Positions 18,322 to 25,500 of a stretch of 64,000 nucleotides of DNA are shown one piece after another. A program made the position numbers and the translations under genes. The notes under the pieces were generated by a model. It saw only the letters and a program-made list of their open reading frames with translations. It was not told the DNA's origin and made no database searches. Source of the DNA: Gemmatimonadota bacterium (lineage in GTDB: Bacteria > Gemmatimonadota > Gemmatimonadetes > Gemmatimonadales > GWC2-71-9); NCBI GenBank assembly GCA_031382385.1, contig JANMYS010000174.1, positions 10,568-74,567 on the forward strand, given 5' to 3'. Each line of letters begins with the position of its first letter. The first letter of the stretch is position 1.

Positions 18322-18600
18322 ATGACGGATAGCTCCAGGAAGGACGACGTACCACGCGGGCGCGAAGGCGCACCGCCTCCCCCTCCGCCTGGTGGTGGCC
18401 GCGAAGGCGCGCCGCCGCCGCCCCCGCCCGGCAAGGGCCGCGAAGGAGCCCCACCTCCGCCGCCACCCGGTGGTGGCCGTGAGGGAGCGCCGCCTCCTCC
18501 CCCGCCGGGTAAGGGCCGTGAGGGAGCCCCACCACCACCGCCGCCCGGCAAGGGCCGCGACGGAGCACCGCCGCCGCCACCGGCCAAGCCGGCCAAGTAG
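18322..18600 (+). CDS. 92-aa polyproline tandem-repeat miniprotein, (REGAPPPPPPG[G/K]G)x5 plus one degenerate unit
   Basis: GGAGGG lies 5 nt before the ATG at 18322; an alternative ATG is at 18301. The five 13-aa units are protein-identical except for a G/K position, yet use different Pro/Ala/Gly/Arg codons. There is no signal peptide. Confidence 0.6.
   Translation: MTDSSRKDDVPRGREGAPPPPPPGGGREGAPPPPPPGKGREGAPPPPPPGGGREGAPPPPPPGKGREGAPPPPPPGKGRDGAPPPPPAKPAK
18361..18555 (+). repeat. Five tandem 39-bp coding repeats (a sixth, degenerate unit runs to 18597)
   Basis: The units start at 18361, 18400, 18439, 18478 and 18517. I read this directly from the sequence. Confidence 0.9.
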
Positions 18601-18685
18601 TTGAACTGAAGCAGGCCCGCGCCGCGCCAGACGTCGGTCTGGCGCGGAACGGGCATGCGCTCGCCGACCGTTCCCCTCTCTCGAG

Positions 18686-21600
18686 ATGCAGACCATGTCC
18701 GACCTCCCTGCAGGTACCGCACGCCGGGCGCTGCTCATCGGCATCGATGCCTATCCCAAGATTCGGCAGTTGTCGGGCTGCGTGAACGACGTGCGCCTCA
18801 TGCGCACGATCCTGCAGGACAACTTCGGCTTCGCGCCCGACACGATCACGGTGCTGGAGAACGGTGAGGCGACCCGAGCCGCCATTCTCGCCGCGTTCGA
18901 TGCGCTCATTGCCGCGACCGGACGCGACGACATCGTGGTGATCCACTTCGCCGGGCACGGGTCGCAGATGACCGACCTCGAGGGCGACGAGCCGAGCGGC
19001 CTGGACAGCACGATCATGCCGTTCGACACCGAGGGGTGGCAGGGGGACAACCGCGACATCACCGACGACGAGATCGGCCTGATGCTCGACGCGCTTGGAG
19101 CGCGGACCTCGTACATCACCCTCATCTTCGACTCGTGCCATTCGGGGACCATCACCCGCGACGCGGTCGGCGCCAATGGCCGCTCGGTCCAGGCGGACAC
19201 CCGCCCGGCGAGCGAGTTGAAGCGGCAGCCGGTCGCCGGCGTGGCGAGGGCGACGACGCGGTCGGCCGGTCCCAGCGGCTGGATGCCGATGACCGAGAAG
19301 TACGTGCTTATCTCCGGCTGCCGGGACGAGGAGACCTCATTTGAGTACCAGCCCCCCGAAGGCGAGGGCAAGGTCTCGCATGGGGCGCTCACCTACTTCC
19401 TCTCGCAGCAGCTGCGACAGGCGACCCCCGGGACGACCTACCGCGACATCTTCGAGCGCGCCGCCGCCCGGGTGAACGCGGTCAACAACGCCCAGCATCC
19501 GCAGATGGAGGGCAAGGCCGACCGCGAAATCTTCGGGGTCCGCGAGGTGACGCCGACGAAGTTCCTCCGCGTCACCGCCCGTGACGGCGGCACGGTGACA
19601 CTCTCGGCTGGCGCGGCACAGGGGGTCACCACCGGCTCGGTCTACGCCATCCACCCGCAGGGCACGAAGGACCCCGCCTCATCCTTTGCCCAGGGCGAAG
19701 CCGAGGTCACGGAAGTCGGTGTCGTCTCGTCCCAGGCCCGCATCACGAGCGAGGCCTCGGCGGGGACTATCACGCCGGATGCACGCGCCTTCGAGACCCG
19801 CCATGCCTTCGGGGACTTCCGGCTCGGCATCACCGTTCTCGATACCCCGGGCGCCGAGGCAGCCATGCTCCGCGCCCTGCTCGACGGCTCGACCCTGCTC
19901 AAGGTGCTCTCGGGTGGTGAGCCGGGGGCGGTCACCGTCCGGCTGCTGCCTGCCCGGGAACAGGTGGTGCAGACCGACCCGGTACCGCGGGCGGGAGCGC
20001 TCCGCGCCCCGATGTGGGCCAGCTTCGGCGAGACCGGTGACCTGCTCATGCCGCTCAAGGCGCTGGGCGATGAGAAGACGATCCGCGAAAACCTCGAAAC
20101 CCTCGCCCGCTTTCGTCAGGCGCTGGCACTGGAGAACCCCGATCCGGACAGCAAGCTCCGCGGGAAGTTCACCCTCGACCTCCTCAAGCAGGACGCGCAG
20201 GGGAAGTGGGTGGTGGCCGAGCCCGAAACGGCGGGAGGACAGATCGTCTACACCGAGGGCGACGCGATCGGCTTCCAGGTCAGCAGCCAGCACGACAGTC
20301 CGGTGTACACCGCTCTGGTGGATTTCGAGGTGACCGGCGCGGTGACCCCGCTCCGGCCGCCACGCCGGGCACCGGCGGCGCAGGAGAAACTCGGCGCCGG
20401 CATCACCTACAAGATCGGGCCGGAACTCAAGCAGGCGCCGCGCGTCACCTGGGACGCCGGCTTTCCCTTCATTGACAGCATCGATCACAGCCGGGAAGCC
20501 GAGGCGATCGAGACGGTGAAGCTGTTCATCACCGAGCAGCCCGCCGACTTCTCGGTGCTCGAGCAGAAGGGTGTGCGCGGCGACTCGGCGGGCAAGCCCA
20601 CGCCGCTCGGCAACCTGCTGCAGCGCGCCTTTCAGGGCAGCCCCACCCGGGGCATCGAGATGGCGCCCGCCGCCGAGGAGGACTGGACCACGGTCGCACG
20701 GTCGTTCGTAGTGCGGCGGCGAACCAGCGCGCCACTGCGCGAGGACGGGGCCGAGCTGGTGATCGGCGGGGCGACGCTCGCCACCAAGGGGCTCAGCGGC
20801 ACGGTCAGCACCTATTTCGGGAAGAAGGGGCGGGAGGAGGCGGAGCTGCTGGTCGGCAGTCCGCTGACCGCGGCACTGGCCGGCGCGGGCATCGACGTGC
20901 GCCAGACCGTCGCGATCGCGGGAGCGAAGGAGACCGGAGCGCCTACCCGGAGCGCCGGGGTGCAGCCGGCCTTCGAACTCAAGCTGTCCCACCCGGGCGA
21001 GGGCTTTGGCCAGATGGTCATGTCGGCCGATGAGCTGGGCGTCGTGTCGTGGCACTTCGCGCCGCCGGCTGCCGCCGCAGGAACCCGAGGCGGGGCGGGA
21101 TCGCCTTCGGCAACGCGAACCTATGTGATTCCTCGCGGGGTACCGGCGGAGCAGGCAGGGGGCGCCGCCACTCGCGGAATCGTCACGGCGATCGGCACCA
21201 AGCTGCTCAAGGAGATGGTCTTTCCGCTCATTGATCCGATCATCGGTGAGGTGAGCGCCACCTTCGTCAATCGGCTGGAACAGCATCGCTGGCCCTACCG
21301 TATCCGGGCCTTCGGCCCCGGCGACTTCACCACCGACACCGCCGCTCCGCTCGACGGCGAGGGCTGGTCCCGGCTGGCCGGCGGCCGGGCGCTCCTGATG
21401 GTGCACGGCACCTTCAGCCGGTCGCATCTTGCCTTCGGGCACCTGCCCGCGCCATACATGGAAGAACTGCACCGCCGCTACGGAGGGCGGGTCTTCGCCT
21501 TTGATCATTTCACGCTGTCGCATGATCCGCGGGAGAACGTGCGCCGGCTCCTGGCTGTGGTGCCCGAGGCCGCCTCGCTCGATCTCGACATCATCTGTCA

Positions 21601-22207
21601 CTCGCGTGGTGGCCTGGTGAGCCGGATGCTGAGCGAGAAGCAGAGCGAGTTCTCGCTGGGCAGCCGAAAGCTGCGGGTGGGTAAGGTCGTGTTCGTGGGC
21701 GCGCCGAACGCCGGGACCAGTCTGGCCGACCCGGCAAACCTGAACAACGTGCTCGACGTCTTCACCAACCTGCTCAATTTTCTGCCGGACAACGGCGTCA
21801 CCGATGTGATGACGATGATCGTCAGTGTGCTGAAGCAGGTCGCGACCGGCGCCATGGCGGGTCTCGAGGGGTTGCAGTCGATGCGCCCCGATGGCGAGTT
21901 CGCCAAGTGGATGAATACCGGGGCCCGCGTGGGCGACACGAAGTACTTCGCGCTGGCGGCCAACGTGACCCCAAAGGACCCGGGCCTGAAGCACTTCGTC
22001 CTCTCGCGCGGACTGAACTTGCTGATCAAGGGCGACAACGACCTGGTGGTGCCGACCAGGGGGGTCTTCGCCGAGAACGGGTCGGGCTTCTTCCCGATCG
22101 AGGAGAAGCTCGTGCTGGAGGGAGATGAGGCGGTGTCGCACACGAAGTATTTCGAGAATGCGGCGGTGCAGGGGAAGATCCTGGAATGGCTGGGCAGCGG
22201 TGCCTGA
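18686..22207 (+). CDS. Caspase-like (peptidase C14) protease fused to beta-rich middle modules and a C-terminal Ser-Asp-His alpha/beta-hydrolase (lipase/esterase-like)
   Basis: The N-terminus reads 'RRALLIGIDAY...CVNDV...VVIHFAGHGS' (His91, codon 18956) and 'LIFDSCHSG' (Cys151, codon 19136). The C-terminus reads 'LLMVHGTFS', 'DIICHSRGG' (Ser973, codon 21602), 'GDNDLVVP' (Asp1119) and 'VSHTKYF' (His1152). There is no signal peptide or TM segment. Confidence 0.9.
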   Translation: MQTMSDLPAGTARRALLIGIDAYPKIRQLSGCVNDVRLMRTILQDNFGFAPDTITVLENGEATRAAILAAFDALIAATGRDDIVVIHFAGHGSQMTDLEGDEPSGLDSTIMPFDTEGWQGDNRDITDDEIGLMLDALGARTSYITLIFDSCHSGTITRDAVGANGRSVQADTRPASELKRQPVAGVARATTRSAGPSGWMPMTEKYVLISGCRDEETSFEYQPPEGEGKVSHGALTYFLSQQLRQATPGTTYRDIFERAAARVNAVNNAQHPQMEGKADREIFGVREVTPTKFLRVTARDGGTVTLSAGAAQGVTTGSVYAIHPQGTKDPASSFAQGEAEVTEVGVVSSQARITSEASAGTITPDARAFETRHAFGDFRLGITVLDTPGAEAAMLRALLDGSTLLKVLSGGEPGAVTVRLLPAREQVVQTDPVPRAGALRAPMWASFGETGDLLMPLKALGDEKTIRENLETLARFRQALALENPDPDSKLRGKFTLDLLKQDAQGKWVVAEPETAGGQIVYTEGDAIGFQVSSQHDSPVYTALVDFEVTGAVTPLRPPRRAPAAQEKLGAGITYKIGPELKQAPRVTWDAGFPFIDSIDHSREAEAIETVKLFITEQPADFSVLEQKGVRGDSAGKPTPLGNLLQRAFQGSPTRGIEMAPAAEEDWTTVARSFVVRRRTSAPLREDGAELVIGGATLATKGLSGTVSTYFGKKGREEAELLVGSPLTAALAGAGIDVRQTVAIAGAKETGAPTRSAGVQPAFELKLSHPGEGFGQMVMSADELGVVSWHFAPPAAAAGTRGGAGSPSATRTYVIPRGVPAEQAGGAATRGIVTAIGTKLLKEMVFPLIDPIIGEVSATFVNRLEQHRWPYRIRAFGPGDFTTDTAAPLDGEGWSRLAGGRALLMVHGTFSRSHLAFGHLPAPYMEELHRRYGGRVFAFDHFTLSHDPRENVRRLLAVVPEAASLDLDIICHSRGGLVSRMLSEKQSEFSLGSRKLRVGKVVFVGAPNAGTSLADPANLNNVLDVFTNLLNFLPDNGVTDVMTMIVSVLKQVATGAMAGLEGLQSMRPDGEFAKWMNTGARVGDTKYFALAANVTPKDPGLKHFVLSRGLNLLIKGDNDLVVPTRGVFAENGSGFFPIEEKLVLEGDEAVSHTKYFENAAVQGKILEWLGSGA

Positions 22208-22452
22208 GCCGCTGGTAGCCGCCAAACCGACGGGGGGAAGCCGGTCAGGGGAGACGGGCGAGGCTGAACCCACCATGATCTGACCGGCGGCCGTGGCCGC
22301 GGACCACGCCCCCGACCTCTCTCCGGAGGCCGGGGGCTTCTATTTCCACCCGGCCGAGCGAACTCGCACGGGCCGACCGAAGGATGACGTGGGTTCGGGG
22401 TCCTGCCGGGCTCCCGATCCCGCTCTGCCGGTCGCCACCTCCCCCGGTCTGC

Positions 22453-22502
22453 TTGACAGGTCCGTGACTTTGGCGCATACTTTGTTCGCATACCGAACAA
22501 AG
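22453..22502 (+). promoter_or_regulatory. Candidate promoter (TTGACA-N17-CATACT) overlapping palindromic operator CTTTGTTC-N7-GAACAAAG (site 1)
   Basis: TTGACA is at 22453-22458, CATACT at 22476-22481, and the palindrome at 22480-22502. This is an AT-rich island about 75 bp upstream of the ATG at 22576. The same palindrome recurs at 37840-37862. Confidence 0.5.
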
Positions 22503-22575
22503 ATCAGGGTGCCGCCCGGCATCCTCGACCGCGCCCATGTCGGGATCTCCGCAGCCAACCTGGAGTAAAGAGAAG

Positions 22576-25500
22576 ATGCCCCCGAGAATCTCGTCAATTC
22601 GCGTCCTGGCGCTCGTCGGGATCGTCGCAGTGGGTGGTTGTACCCGGGATCTCGATACCCTTGGGCCGGCCCAGTTCCCGACCGATGCCGGCGTCTTCGC
22701 TGAGGGCCTGGCCTCGGGCGTCCGCTTCGAGGCGTTCAGCGGCGCGAAGCCCGATGCCATCAGTGACGACCCCAGCAACGCGCACAGCGGAGCGCTTGGG
22801 CTCAAGTTGACCGTCCCGGCGCCGGGGGATCCCTCCGGGAGCTACGCCGGCGGTGCCTTCATCGCCAATGTCCCTCGCGATCTCTCCGGCTACAACGCCC
22901 TGACCTTCTGGGCCAAGGCGAGCATCGCCGCCAGTCTCGATGTGGCTGGTCTGGGCAACGACAACACCGGCACCTCCAAGTACACCGCCCAGCAAACCGC
23001 CATCGCGCTGACGACCAGCTGGAAGAAATACACCATCCCGATTCCGCTCGCGGCCAAGCTCACCAAGGAAGGAGGGCTTTTCTTCTTTGCCGAGGGGCCG
23101 GAGAACGGGGCCGGGTACAGCATCTGGCTGGACGACATGCAGTTCGAGACGGTCACCACGATCACCAATCCCCGCCCCGTGATTGCGCCCGCGACGGTCT
23201 CCGATGAAGTCGGCGCCAGCCTGCGGGTGGGGGGCACCTCGGTGACCTTTGCGGTGGAAGGGGTTGACCAGACCCTGGTGGCCGCCCCGGCGTACTTCAC
23301 CTTTGTCTCTTCTGACGTGGCGGTGGCTACCGTGGCGCCGGACGGGCTGATCACGCTGGTCGGGTCCGGCAGCGCCTCCATCACTGCGCAGCTGGGCACG
23401 ACCCCGGCGACCGGTACCGTGACGCTGCTCTCTGTCGCTCCGCCGGCCGTGGCCGCGCCGGTGCCGACCGACTCCGCCGTCAACGTGATTTCCCTCTACA
23501 GCAACGCATACACCAACAACACGGTGGACACCTGGTCGGCCGGCTTTGACCAGGCCGACGTGGCCGATGTGCAGATCGCCGGCGACGACGCGAAGAAGTA
23601 CACCAATCTGGTCTTTGCCGGGATCGAGTTCATCACCCAGCAGGTCAATGCCACCGCGATGACCGGGTTCCACCTTGATCTCTTCGTCCAGAACGCCGGC
23701 CAGTTCAAGGTCAAGCTGGTGGACTTCGGCGCCAATGGCGCCTTTGGCGGTGGCGACGACTCCGAGCATGAGGTCACGCTGACGACGAGTTCCACGCCTG
23801 CCATCACCTCCGGGAGCTGGAGCAGTCTGGATATTCCCTTCTCCTCCTTTCCCGGCCTGACCTCGAGGGCGCATCTCGCCCAGATCATCATCTCCGGCTC
23901 GAGCAGCACGTTGTACCTGGATAACGTCTACTTCTTCAAGGGTTCCACGCCGCCGCCGCCGACCGGACCGACAGTCGCGGCGCCCACGCCGACTGTGGCC
24001 TCGGGCAGCGTGATCTCGCTGTTTAGCAACGCCTACACCAACGTCACCGTGGATACCTGGTCGGCGGTGTGGGACAACGCGGACGTGGCTGACGTCCAGG
24101 TGGCAGGCAACGACACCAAGAACTACACCAACCTGGTCTTCGCTGGCATCGAGTTCACCTCGGCGCCGGTGGATGCCTCGACGATGACCGCCTTCCACAT
24201 GGACATCTGGACCCCGGATCCGACCGCGGCACCGGCGGTGTTCAAGGTCAAGCTGGTGGACTTCGGGGCGAACGGCACCTTCGGCGGCGGTGACGACGTC
24301 GAGCACGAGCTCGCCTTTGACGCCACCACCACCCCGGCGCTTGCCACCGGCAACTGGGTGGGGATCGACGTCCCCCTGTCAGCCTTCACCGGCCTCACCA
24401 CCCGTGGCCACCTGGCTCAGATCGTCATCTCGGGTACGCTGGGCACGCTGTACATGGACAACGTCTACTTCTACGCCGGCGGAAGCCCGCCGACTTCTCC
24501 GCCCACCCCGGCGCCCACGCCCACGAAGCCGGCGGGCAACGTGATCTCGCTGTACAGCAACGCCTACACCAACGTCACCGTGGACACCTGGTCGGCGGTG
24601 TGGGACGTGGCCGACGTCGCGGATGTGCTGGTCGTTGGCAATGACGTGAAGCAGTACACCAACATGGTCTTTGCCGGCATCGAGTTCACCTCGGCGCCAG
24701 TGGATGCCTCGACCATGACCGGCTTCCACATGGACATCTGGACGCCAGATCCCACGACGACGGGTGCGGCGTTCAAGGTCAAGCTGGTGGACTTCGGGGC
24801 CGACGGTAGCTTCGGCGGTGGCGACGATGTGGAGCAGGAGCTGATGTTCACCAACGCGTCCACTCCGCCGCTCGCCACCGGCAGCTGGGTGGGGATCGAC
24901 GTTCCCCTGTCGGCCTTCACCGGCCTGGTGACCAGGGCCCACCTGGCCCAGATGGTCATCTCGGGAACGCTGAGCACGGTCTACGTCGACAACGTCTACT
25001 TCTATAACAGCGGCGGGGCACCGACGCTCTCGTCGATTGCCATCACGCCAAACCCGGTCAACCTCGTCCCGGCAGGGACCCAGCAGCTGACGGTGACCGG
25101 CACCTACAGCGACGCGTCGACCGCAAACCTCACTTCCGGTTCGACCTTCGGCTCCAGCGCGACGGGCGTCGCGACGGTCAGCAACGGGGGGCTTGTCACC
25201 GCGGTCGCCGTCGGCACGGCAACGATCACCGCCACCCACACGGCGTCCGGCCTGACGAACACCGTGACGGTGAACGTGGCGACCGGCAGCAGCGGCGGGC
25301 TGGTCTTCTTCGGCGGCTATGATCCCGGGGTGAGTTTCGTCGATTTCGGCGGGGCCACGAACAATGTCTCGATCGATGCGACGACGCCGAACAACGGCCG
25401 CTCCTCCTTGAAGGCCGTCATCACCGGGTCGGGCGGATACTCGGGCGGCGCCTTCGTGGCGTCCCTGCCGCGCAACCTCTCCTCCTTCAATGCCCTGACC

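Noticed and set aside
18361-18600. The regular 39-bp repeats could superficially suggest a CRISPR array or a minisatellite.
   Set aside because: The units are directly adjacent with no spacers, they keep one reading frame, and they differ mainly at synonymous positions. They are coding repeats. The Gly-rich ORFs on the opposite strand (18211-18744, 18270-18722) are their mirror image.
19679-22276. An 865-aa minus-strand ORF opposite the caspase/hydrolase gene. Further long ORFs on both strands and in alternative frames overlap other real genes. Examples are 22594-24306, 24379-26313, 26721-27782, 28788-30383, 31217-32446, 32302-33603, 33634-34866, 34568-35803, 39699-41189, 42633-44594, 42958-44592, 44914-46482, 46959-47993, 57953-60013 and 61013-62683.
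   Set aside because: All overlap ORFs on the other strand or in another frame that carry unambiguous catalytic or family motifs. Their translations are low-complexity and Arg/Pro/Gly-rich. I treated them as GC-induced shadow ORFs.
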